A DNA stretch of 32,000 bases from Candidatus Electrothrix yaqonensis (GTDB taxonomy: Bacteria > Desulfobacterota > Desulfobulbia > Desulfobulbales > Desulfobulbaceae): positions 3,480,001 to 3,512,000 of the forward strand of contig CP178758.1 of the NCBI GenBank assembly GCA_047651235.1, read 5' to 3'. The stretch's first letter is position 1, and the number at the start of each line of letters is the position of its first letter. Both the position numbers and the translations under genes were made by a program. The notes beneath the pieces were generated by a model. It worked only from the letters and a program-made list of their open reading frames with translations. It was not told the DNA's origin and did no database searches. Below are positions 7,899 to 15,685 of the stretch, piece after piece.

Positions 7899-8723
7899 TC
7901 ATTTCTCCAAGGTCCAGTCATACTGACTTGACTCTGCTCTTCGCTATTATTTGGGAAACCAGTCCAGTGCCGCATGTTACGGACACGGGGAATACGGCTG
8001 CACAATGCTTTTCCCAGTTCCCCATGGTCGCCTGTAGCAAATACTCCACCACCACGTTCCATATGAGCTTGGATGGTTCTCACTTCTACATCAGAAAGAG
8101 ATGGACCGCGCCCTGCCGCAGGGTCATTATAGATCGACTCAATCCCGAAAAGCCAAACTTGATCATACATCTCAGGTGTAAAATGTGATGGATCATCAAA
8201 GCGGAATTCTTTGATACGGTTAGCAATACCCAGTTCGGAATCAAGCATTCGTGCATCACTGACATTTCTGATATGGGCTAAAGTCAACTTAAACCGCACC
8301 CGGCTTGGCGCTTCATTTATCAGAACCCGGACAAAGGTGGATAGGCCAAAGTCACCTTCACCAAAATCAAGCCCACCGTCTGTCACGAGCAGTACTTTAA
8401 CGGTACACCGCCGCCACCAAGGAAAGATCTTTTCTGGATTCAATCTGAAATCTAGGCGTCGTTTGTTGTTCAATTCAATCAGCATACGATTTAGATCCAT
8501 AATGCTACCTCCTTTTTTATGTAGCTTTTGATGAATAAAGGCTGTCACGATGTGTGACTGCCGCTATAATTAGTGATAGGTGCTGATTATCAGCCGCATA
8601 GATATCAGCTACGGAAATCTTCCCCGTTCAGTTGCGCATCCACCCTCAACAGGCTGTCAAGCCGTGCCCGACAGTCTATAGGGATCAACCGGCATGACGG
8701 TTCCGGCAGAGCGAATTTTGCTG

Positions 8724-8752
8724 TTGACAATACCTTGCTGCCGTTCTACGCT
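8724..8752 (+). promoter_or_regulatory. Candidate promoter TTGACA-N17-TACGCT for the DUF1538 operon
   Basis: TTGACA lies at 8724-8729, followed by a 17-nt spacer and TACGCT at 8747-8752. It sits about 115 nt upstream of the predicted start. Confidence 0.3.
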
Positions 8753-8866
8753 GTGCAGACACTTCTTTCTTCAGTCACGTAAATCGCTTCCTCGGCTACG
8801 ACGAGATAGCGCAACGGATCGCCCTCAGGAATCCGGTCCTCAATGCGGGGCTGGCCAAGACTGCCT

Positions 8867-9679
8867 ATGGACTTCCTGTCTGACTTTACAGATATCCTGC
8901 TCCTCACCCTGCGCGATGTTACCCCGATCGTGGCGCTGATTGTCGGTTTTCAGGTTTTTGTCCTGCGCCAGCCTGTTCCGCATCTCAAACAGCTGATCAT
9001 CGGCGGGGTGTACGTGGTGCTCGGCCTTGCCTTGTTCCTGATCGGGCTGGAAAAGGCATTGTTCCCTCTGGGCAGAATGATGGCGACCCAGCTTTCTGAT
9101 CCGGTTTTCCTGTACGGCTCTGCCGAGGCGCCTGCAGCAGCGGACTGGACTGCCTACGGCTGGGTGTATCTTTTTGCAGCCATGATTGGCTTTGCCACCA
9201 CCATTGCCGAACCCTCGCTCATTGCGGTGGCCTATAAGGCCAACGAGGTCTCCGGCGGCACCATCAGTCAATGGGGCCTGCGGATCACCGTGGCTGTCGG
9301 AGTCGCTTTCGGCATCAGCCTGGGCACCTTCCGTATTGTCAGCGGCACCCCCCTGTATCTGTACATTATGATCGGATATATTATAGTGATGATCCAGACT
9401 GCGTTTGCGCCCAGAAATATCATTCCGCTGGCCTATGATTCTGGCGGAGTCACCACCTCCACCGTGACCGTGCCCCTGGTTGCCGCCTTGGGGCTGGGAC
9501 TGGCCTCCACTGTGCCGGGCCGTAATCCGGCTCTGGATGGCTTCGGCCTGATCGCCTTTGCCAGCCTGTTTCCGATTATCACGGTCTTAGGATATGCTCA
9601 GTTCGGGCAGTGGACAGCAGCACGGCAGAAAAAGAAAGCAGCACAGGAAACAAGCAAGGAGAAGAACAATGCTGTTTAA
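8867..9679 (+). CDS. DUF1538-family integral membrane protein (putative permease)
   Basis: The protein is multi-pass hydrophobic (MDFLSDFTDILLLTLRDVTPIVALIVGFQVFVL..., GLEKALFPLG, AEPSLIAVA, AYDSGGVTTSTVTVPLVAALGLG), which matches my memory of DUF1538. The start is either ATG 8867 (family-typical N-terminus) or ATG 8843; neither has a clear SD. Confidence 0.8.
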   Translation: MDFLSDFTDILLLTLRDVTPIVALIVGFQVFVLRQPVPHLKQLIIGGVYVVLGLALFLIGLEKALFPLGRMMATQLSDPVFLYGSAEAPAAADWTAYGWVYLFAAMIGFATTIAEPSLIAVAYKANEVSGGTISQWGLRITVAVGVAFGISLGTFRIVSGTPLYLYIMIGYIIVMIQTAFAPRNIIPLAYDSGGVTTSTVTVPLVAALGLGLASTVPGRNPALDGFGLIAFASLFPIITVLGYAQFGQWTAARQKKKAAQETSKEKNNAV

Positions 9680-10016
9680 AACCATTGTCGCCTCAGTCAA
9701 ACCGGAACTTACCGATAAGGTGGTGGATGCGGCCAAGGAGGCAGGAGCCACCGGGGCAACTATTCTTTCCGGCAGAGGCACAGGCTGCCATGAGGCAAAG
9801 ACCTTTTTCGGCCTGACCCTGGAGCCGTCCAGCGACATTATCATGATGCTGATTGAGGAGCATCTGGTACAGGGGATTCTGGAGGCCATTGTCGAGGCTG
9901 GAGAATTCGACAAACCAGGAACCGGCATGGCCTTTGTTCTGCCGGTGGAGCAGGTGGTGGGGCTGGACAGTCAGCTCAAACTGATTAAGGAGAAGATTCA
10001 GGATCAGTATTTTTAG
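9669..10016 (+). CDS. P-II-like signal-transduction protein (115 aa)
   Basis: The start MLFKTIVASVKPELTDKVVDAAKEAGATGATILSGRGTG overlaps the end of the DUF1538 gene (9669 versus 9679). It shows the PII-fold pattern usually found next to DUF1538 genes. Confidence 0.8.
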   Translation: MLFKTIVASVKPELTDKVVDAAKEAGATGATILSGRGTGCHEAKTFFGLTLEPSSDIIMMLIEEHLVQGILEAIVEAGEFDKPGTGMAFVLPVEQVVGLDSQLKLIKEKIQDQYF

Positions 10017-10055
10017 GCGCACAGAAGCAGGAAAAGGAACAGAGGGAACAGAGCA

Positions 10056-10457
10056 ATGAATACAGAAGGAAGTATCATTCGGGCGCGGGATATAATGCGC
10101 ACCAAGGTGGTCACCATCAACGGTATGGCCACAGTCAGAGAAGCAGCGGACAAAATGCGGAATGAGCATGTCAGCCATCTGCTGGTGGAGAAAAGAACTG
10201 GAGATGATGCCTGGGCAATGGTTTCCATCCGCGATCTGGTGGAGAGCGTGTTTGTCCCCGGTCGGGCAGCCGAGGAGGTCAATGTCTTTGAGGTGATGAC
10301 CAAACCGGTAATCACCGTGCCGCCGGATATGGACATCCGCTACGTGGCCCGGCTGCTCCACAATACCGGTCTGACCAGAGTGCCGGTGGAGGAAGACGGC
10401 GAGCTGATCGGCATTATTTCCCTTTTCTCTCTGGTTCTGCGCGAATCGATCTTCTGA
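10056..10457 (+). CDS. CBS-domain pair protein (133 aa)
   Basis: Two CBS motifs are present (IMRTKVVTINGMATVREAADKM...HLLV; VMTKPVITVPPDMDIRYVARLL...RVPVEEDGELIGIIS). Confidence 0.85.
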   Translation: MNTEGSIIRARDIMRTKVVTINGMATVREAADKMRNEHVSHLLVEKRTGDDAWAMVSIRDLVESVFVPGRAAEEVNVFEVMTKPVITVPPDMDIRYVARLLHNTGLTRVPVEEDGELIGIISLFSLVLRESIF

Positions 10458-11185
10458 TGCGCACAACTCAGCAGGATGACTGCGTGATCAGCCCGGAACG
10501 GGGCAGGAGAGAGCCGCTTCTGCCGGAGACCGGCATCTTGGCGGTCAATCCCGCAGAGACCGGCGTGCTGAAAGAATATGCCGCAGCACATACCATGCGC
10601 CGTTCCTTTCTGTTTCATTCCAATCTCTACCATTCCGACAGGTTGTTTCTGGCCGGGCCTGCGGTGGGCGCCCCCATGGCGGTGCTGTGCCTGGAAAAGC
10701 TGATTGCGCTGGGGGCAAAACAAGTTGTCCTCTACGGCTGGTGCGGTTCCCTGCAGCAGGAACTCCGGGCAACGGATGTTCTGCTTCCCACCGAAGCTCT
10801 ATCCGAAGAAGGCACCAGTCCGCATTATCAGGAGCAGGCAGAGCAGGGCAGGGCGCCAGCCTCTTCTCCGGTCTTACGTTCACAGCTCTGCAATATTTTA
10901 TTAGCGGCAGCTATTCCTTTTCACCAGGGCAAGGTCTGGACCACGGATGCTCCTTATCGGGAAACCCAAACAAAGGTTGCCGACTATGCAGCACAGGGCA
11001 TCTGCGGGGTGGATATGGAGTATGCCGCCCTCTGTACGGTTGCCGCCTTCAGAGGCGTTGAGTTTGCCGCTCTCCTGCTGGTCTCTGATGAACTGTGGCA
11101 GCAGCCCTGGAAACCGCAGTATTCCCGGAAGGAATTCAGGCGGAAATCCCGGAACCTGCTGACCCTGCTCTGCGATACGCTGTAG
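10457..11185 (+). CDS. Nucleoside phosphorylase, PNP/UDP family 1 (uridine/purine nucleoside phosphorylase-like)
   Basis: The start overlaps the CBS gene stop (TGATG). Motifs are GPAVGAPMAVLCLEKLIALGAKQVVLYGWCGSL, WTTDAPYRET and GVDMEYAALCTVAAFRGVEFAALLLVSDEL. Confidence 0.8.
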   Translation: MRTTQQDDCVISPERGRREPLLPETGILAVNPAETGVLKEYAAAHTMRRSFLFHSNLYHSDRLFLAGPAVGAPMAVLCLEKLIALGAKQVVLYGWCGSLQQELRATDVLLPTEALSEEGTSPHYQEQAEQGRAPASSPVLRSQLCNILLAAAIPFHQGKVWTTDAPYRETQTKVADYAAQGICGVDMEYAALCTVAAFRGVEFAALLLVSDELWQQPWKPQYSRKEFRRKSRNLLTLLCDTL

Positions 11186-11310
11186 GATATCTGACTGGTG
11201 CAGGCATGTTCCGGGCATACTGTATGAAATATGCTGCCCGGATCAGGCAACACAGGGTGTAAAAAATTGTTTTTCGCGTTACTTCAAGCTGTTGCAGATG
11301 ATGTTATTTG

Positions 11311-11339
11311 CTGACAAAATACATTTTATATTCTATAGT
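11311..11339 (+). promoter_or_regulatory. Candidate sigma70 promoter CTGACA-N17-TATAGT
   Basis: CTGACA lies at 11311-11316, followed by a 17-nt AT-rich spacer and TATAGT at 11334-11339. This would give a leader of about 185 nt for the acidic-protein gene. Confidence 0.35.
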
Positions 11340-11532
11340 AGATTTCGTAGATTTTGAGCAGTACAGCAGAAATAGTCGATAGTCAGGTGTTTTCCGGCAA
11401 GGAACCCGCTGCAAAAGCAGTCGGGCTCTTTTTCGGCAACCGCCTGAGTAAGGCGACAGAAGAGCTGTCATGGTGACAGCCCGTTGTTGTTTTTCAAACA
11501 AAATATTTTTGTTCTAAAGGAGTGTGGAAGAG

Positions 11533-11856
11533 ATGAAACGCAATACTTTAAAAATGATGCTGTCTCTGGTTGCTGCTGTGCTGCTTTGTCTCGGCATGAC
11601 CCTGACAACCTCTGCGTCAGATGAAAGTACTCTCGACAGCATCACCGAAGCCGCAGAAGCAGGAAATGACGCTATGGCCGAGGTGATGGACGAAACTGAG
11701 GAGAAAGTTGATGAGGGAATGGAAGGAGAGGATGAGGGCGACGATGCCTCAATGGAAGAGTCTGATGAGGGCGATAATCAGGAAGATCAGGAAGAGGCTG
11801 ATACAGCTACAGCCGATGATGAAGAGACTGATGAGGAGACCGAAGGCGGAGAGTAA
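11533..11856 (+). CDS. Secreted, extremely acidic (D/E-rich) small protein (107 aa)
   Basis: An AAGGAG SD lies 10 nt upstream of ATG 11533. The signal peptide is MKRNTLKMMLSLVAAVLLCLGMTLTTSA. The mature part is dominated by D/E/T/A (EEKVDEGMEGEDEGDDASMEESDEGDNQEDQEEADTATADDEETDEETEGGE). Confidence 0.7.
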   Translation: MKRNTLKMMLSLVAAVLLCLGMTLTTSASDESTLDSITEAAEAGNDAMAEVMDETEEKVDEGMEGEDEGDDASMEESDEGDNQEDQEEADTATADDEETDEETEGGE

Positions 11857-11934
11857 GTTTAAGCTCTGTTGACGCCGTTTATTTCATAAAGTAAAAAGTA
11901 AAGCGGCGCTGAGTTTTTAGCTTTTCTTCTGCAG

Positions 11935-11985
11935 GAGCGGTAACGGCTTGAGAACTTCTTTTTTCAGGCCGGTACCGCTCTTTTT
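11935..11985 (+). terminator. Rho-independent terminator downstream of the acidic-protein gene
   Basis: GAGCGGTAACGGC (11935-11947) pairs with GCCGGTACCGCTC (11968-11980) at 12 of 13 positions, followed by TTTTT. Confidence 0.6.
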
Positions 11986-12106
11986 AGTTTTAACCCAAGT
12001 TGCCACGACAACGAGGCAACTGTAAATCAGGCAGTTACAGCACACCTGAAAAGTGTACCCAACGAAAAATCAGCAGGTTGACTCTATAGGTCAACTTGCG
12101 TTAGTT

Positions 12107-12976
12107 TTAGGAGAATCCATGCAGCCGGAATTCCGCTTTCTGCCCGTTCCCGTAGCTTTTCTTATGGCTAATGAGGTGACTTACCTGACGAAGTCTGAGG
12201 GGATGAATCCCCAGAATAAATACTCCTCCGAGGATATTTCCCAGAGTAACCGGCAAGATATTTTTCGACGCCTGCAGGAGTTCGCTAGGTGCTGCCCCAT
12301 CAATCAGCAGGCCGAGAGGGATAAGAAACATGTTGGCCACGCTGTGTTCGAATCCGCAGAGGACAAACAGAGAAATCGGAAAAATTATGCAGAGGATCTT
12401 TGATATACCGTCTTTGACAGTTGTTGCCATAATAATGGCTATGATCACGAGGATGTTGCAGAAAAACCCCAGAATAGTAGCCTGGGAGAAACTGTATGAC
12501 ATCTTGACATGAGCGACTTCAACAGCGATCCTGCCGATTTTGCTTATTCCCTCCGGGGAGAACATCATTCCGGAGTTTATGATAAGCAGTACTGCCAGCA
12601 GAGAACCTGTTAAATTTGCCGCATATACAATTGTCCAGTTTTTCAGAACCTTAAAAGGAGAGTACGTTCCGTTGAACAAACCGGTAATCATCATCACGTT
12701 GCCGGTAAAAAGTTCTGCTCCGGCAATGAGCACCATAATAAGCCCTGTACAGAAAACAACAGAAGCTACCGCCCGGCCGACCCCGGCCGCCTGAGCTGCC
12801 AGGTATCCGTATCCTCCTATACTAATGTACAAGCCGGCAAGAATACCTAAAAGATAAAGCTGCCATCCGGCTGTATTGGCTTTTTTTCTGTTCAGGGAAA
12901 AGCTCTTTTCATCCAGTTCGTGCATGGATAATATTGGTTCGTACAGTTCCCGTTCATATTTTTCTCCGGTCTTCAT
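12107..12976 (-). CDS. Formate/nitrite transporter (FNT) family channel
   Basis: An AAGGAG SD is present. The FNT signatures are LFTGNVMM and FVLCGFEHSVANMF, and the protein has a 6-TM hydrophobic profile. Substrate (formate, nitrite or hydrosulfide) cannot be assigned. Confidence 0.9.
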   Translation of the reverse strand: MKTGEKYERELYEPILSMHELDEKSFSLNRKKANTAGWQLYLLGILAGLYISIGGYGYLAAQAAGVGRAVASVVFCTGLIMVLIAGAELFTGNVMMITGLFNGTYSPFKVLKNWTIVYAANLTGSLLAVLLIINSGMMFSPEGISKIGRIAVEVAHVKMSYSFSQATILGFFCNILVIIAIIMATTVKDGISKILCIIFPISLFVLCGFEHSVANMFLIPLGLLIDGAAPSELLQASKNILPVTLGNILGGVFILGIHPLRLRQVSHLISHKKSYGNGQKAEFRLHGFS

Positions 12977-13392
12977 AACCTGCTCCTTTTTCTTCAGTTT
13001 GCGGACACAAATGTCCTGTTCAGAAAATCATGCTCCAAGCTTGACGGCGAGATTGCACCGTGCGTCAGCGAGTCTGATGATATTGACTGTTAACTTACAA
13101 CTTGCGCTGTTTCACAGGCACCAAAAAACAGTTGCCTGTAAAGAGCAAAGTTTACTTTCTCTGTTCCGAGTTTAACGAACAGAGCATGCGTCAGCTACGA
13201 CGGATCGGAAATACCGGAACCCGGAACTGCCCGAATAGCCGTGTTGAAATCTTTCTTTTGAAAGGGAAGAAGGAGAGTGACTGTGGTCAAGGACCTGCCG
13301 ATACGGCAGGAGAATGAAATTCGGGTGGACCCCGTTACTGTGGATTGCATAACATACCTCCGGTTGTAAGGCTTTTAAAAAAAGGTTTTAAA

Positions 13393-13497
13393 AAGCAGGC
13401 AGCCCGGCCGTCTCTTGGAGACCCGTAGCTTTCCGACACCGCCTCGCGGCAGCTGTGGCTTTATCAGCTTTCCGACCGGAAAGCATGGCACCTGCTT
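13393..13497 (-). promoter_or_regulatory. Structured RNA candidate with GEMM-I (c-di-GMP/cGAMP riboswitch)-like signatures
   Basis: The minus-strand RNA reads AAGCAGG...CCACAG-CUGCC-GCGA-GGCGG-UGUCGGAAAGCUACGGGUCUC-CAA-GAGACGGCCGGGCUGCCUGCUU. It has a GNRA-capped hairpin and an AAAGCnnCGGG element. The 3' GCCGGGCUGCC resembles my memory of the GEMM-I consensus. An outer helix pairs AAGCAGG with CCUGCUU. This has not been verified with a covariance model. Confidence 0.35.
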
Positions 13498-13895
13498 ACA
13501 GAATAAGCGTCGCCATTGTTATGAATTATGAATGTGTGGTTGCTGTCAGTAATTGTGAAGAATAAATTATAATTTTGTTTTCTACTTTCTTTTAAATATC
13601 CCGTCAAGGAAAAAAAATATATTTTTTGGTTGGAGGGATATTTTTCTATAATGGACGTGCGTTCTTAATTGTTTACGTAGTTTTGACATGTTACATGTAT
13701 ATCTTCTCTGCACATAAGGTGTCAGGACAGGAGGAGACGTGCTGTTCAATCACCCTGTGTTCCTTGTATAATAAGCCTATTGATAAGAAAAGATAAGTTT
13801 ATGTAAAAAAAATGTAAGAATTGAAAAAAACTGTTAGAAAAGTTTATGCGGCAGGAAGGGCAGGTTTACCTGTTGGATCAGAATAGATACTGAAA

Positions 13896-13924
13896 CCGAG
13901 CCAACACGTTTGGTATCGGCTCGG
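13896..13924 (-). terminator. Hairpin downstream of the PhoH2 gene (weak terminator candidate)
   Basis: CCGAGCC (13896-13902) pairs with GGCTCGG (13918-13924). The hairpin lies 20 nt past the stop. Only a short U tract (UUUCAG) follows on the minus strand. Confidence 0.4.
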
Positions 13925-13944
13925 CTTTAATATGATTTTAGCTG

Positions 13945-15285
13945 TTACAGCAGCTCACTCGCCAGCATGGACAGAGTGGAGCGTTCTCCTTTCTGCAGGG
14001 TGATATGGGCGTACAGGTTCTGTCCCTGCATTTTTTCTATCAGATAGCTCAGGCCGTTGGACTGGGAATCCAGATACGGATGATCGATCTGATGCACATC
14101 ACCGGTGAGTACGATTTTCGTGTTCTCGCCCGCCCGGGTGATGATGGTCTTCACCTCGTGGGGTGTCAGGTTCTGGGCCTCGTCAATGATGATATACATC
14201 TTGACCAGACTTCTGCCTCGGATATAGGCCAAGGGTTCGATGATCAGTTTCTTATCTTCCAGCAGCTCCTGGATTTTCTGGTGCATCTTGCTTTTTTTCG
14301 GAAACTGATTGCGGATGACGGACAGGTTGTCATACAGCGGCTGCATGTAGGGGCTGATTTTTGACTGAATATCTCCGGGGAGAAAACCGATGTCCTTGTT
14401 GGACAGGGGAACCACAGGCCGGGCCAGCATGATCTGCCGATAATTTTTCCGCTGCTCAAGGGCAGCTGCCAGTGCCAGCAGCGTCTTGCCGGTTCCTGCC
14501 TTGCCGGTAACAGAAACCAGCGAAACCTCCGGATCAGACAGGGCGTGAACAGCAAAGCACTGTTCCGCATTGCGCGGCGTGATGCCGCATACTGTTCTTT
14601 TATGGACAATGCGGATCTTGTTTTCCTCGGCCCGGTAGGTTGCCAGGGCGGATTTGTTTCCCTCGCGGAGGATGAGAAAGTCATTGGAGCTCAGAGGGCT
14701 TTCCGGCGGCAGGTCCAGGTCATCCGCTGCAATCTCGTCATTGGCATGCAGTTCGTCAACCAAGCCGTAAGAAGCATCTTCAAAAGTACGGGTGCCAGTG
14801 TAGAGCACCCCTACATCATTGACGTGGTCAGTAGCATAATTTTCTGCCATCAGGCCTACAGCCCTAGCTTTCATCCGCAGATTCATGTCCTTGCTTACCA
14901 GAATAAAAGTGCGGGAACTGTCCTCCTTGTACAGATGATAGCAGATGTTGAGGATCTGATGATCCGCCTTGGCAGAAGAGGGGAAATGGCGGCGCAGATC
15001 AGGGTGCAGCTCCTGCTCAAGTTTGATGGACAGGCGGCCCTTGTCCTCTCCCATGGACACACCACCGTTGAACAGCTTGTTGGCGCTCAGGCTGTCCAGG
15101 GTACGGACAAACTCACGGGCATGGAAGTTGATGGCCTGGTTGCCCTTTTTGAAGTGGTCCAACTCCTCCAGCACGGTAATGGGCACGATGATGTCATGCT
15201 CGCCGAAATGGTTGATGCAGGATGAGTCATGCAGAATAACATTTGTGTCAAGGATAAATGTTTTCCGTTTGTTCTGCGCTGTCAT
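13945..15285 (-). CDS. PhoH2: N-terminal PIN-domain RNase fused to a PhoH-like ATPase
   Basis: A GGGAGGGA SD is present. The PIN N-terminus is FILDTNVILHD...IVPITVLEELD. Walker A is VTGKAGTGKTLLALAAAL, and IIIDEAQNLTPHEVKTIITRAG is PhoH-typical. Confidence 0.9.
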   Translation of the reverse strand: MTAQNKRKTFILDTNVILHDSSCINHFGEHDIIVPITVLEELDHFKKGNQAINFHAREFVRTLDSLSANKLFNGGVSMGEDKGRLSIKLEQELHPDLRRHFPSSAKADHQILNICYHLYKEDSSRTFILVSKDMNLRMKARAVGLMAENYATDHVNDVGVLYTGTRTFEDASYGLVDELHANDEIAADDLDLPPESPLSSNDFLILREGNKSALATYRAEENKIRIVHKRTVCGITPRNAEQCFAVHALSDPEVSLVSVTGKAGTGKTLLALAAALEQRKNYRQIMLARPVVPLSNKDIGFLPGDIQSKISPYMQPLYDNLSVIRNQFPKKSKMHQKIQELLEDKKLIIEPLAYIRGRSLVKMYIIIDEAQNLTPHEVKTIITRAGENTKIVLTGDVHQIDHPYLDSQSNGLSYLIEKMQGQNLYAHITLQKGERSTLSMLASELL

Positions 15286-15685
15286 AAGCTATCCCTCCCT
15301 ATACAGTTTTTCAGTGACGTATCTGCCACCTTGTTCTACTTATAGGATATCATTTTTCAGCGAAAAAAGATATTTTTCCTGGTACATTTTATGCAAAAAG
15401 AGTGGCCTGGAAAAAGTCAAGAGAAAAGGAAAAATAACGGGATAGCTGCAGGCCGGAGGGAAGCGGACGGGCGTCCTGTCTGGTGTTCGGAACAGAACAA
15501 TGAGCCAGCGGCCCGCAGTTCGTTCAGAACCCGAATATTCCTTGATGTTATCCGGCAATGAATCGGCAAATTTGCCTTCCTGTTCGGAAGCGGGTAAACT
15601 TGAGTCTGAGTTTTCGGGGCTTGGGCAAGCCCGGACATCTCATGACCGGATCATAAGAACAGAACATATCCTTCGGGGGATTATC

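Larger units (their letters stand above)
7735..8500 (-). pseudogene. N-terminal fragment of the IS-disrupted gene; contains an in-frame TAA at 7880-7882
   Basis: The likely start is ATG 8500, with a GGAGG SD 7 nt upstream (MDLNRMLIEL...). Motifs are VKVLLVTDGGLDFGEGDFGLSTFVRVL, VWLFGIES and GGGVFATGDHGELG. After the TAA, the same frame stays open for 46 codons up to the IS junction. Confidence 0.7.

Noticed and set aside
8573-8939. Plus-strand ORFs 8573..8782 and 8694..8939 upstream of the DUF1538 gene
   Set aside because: They have no SD and odd composition, and they overlap predicted promoter and leader sequence. They are more likely non-coding.
9693-10466. A 257-aa minus-strand ORF spanning the PII-like and CBS genes
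   Set aside because: It is antisense to two well-supported plus-strand genes. Its composition is typical of shadow frames, and no SD or recognisable motif is present.
11436-11460. An AACCGCC string in the acidic-protein leader as a possible fluoride (crcB-motif) riboswitch
   Set aside because: The other conserved blocks I remember for that class (the GAUGG and CUGAUGAU segments) are absent.
12346-12355. A tRNA T-arm-like string, GTTCGAATCC
   Set aside because: It lies inside the FNT gene, where it encodes the conserved GFEH motif on the opposite strand. No acceptor or anticodon arms can be drawn around it.
13195-13350. A 51-codon minus-strand ORF with a strong GGAGG SD downstream of the riboswitch-like element
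   Set aside because: It is not listed as a gene because its product (MQSTVTGSTRISFSCRIGRSLTTVTLLLPFQKK...) has no recognisable features and its conservation is unknown. It may be a real leader peptide, so it is kept as a note under the riboswitch finding.
14545-15225. A 226-aa plus-strand ORF (and 14005..14364) inside phoH2
   Set aside because: It is antisense to a strongly supported PIN-PhoH gene. There is no independent evidence for it.
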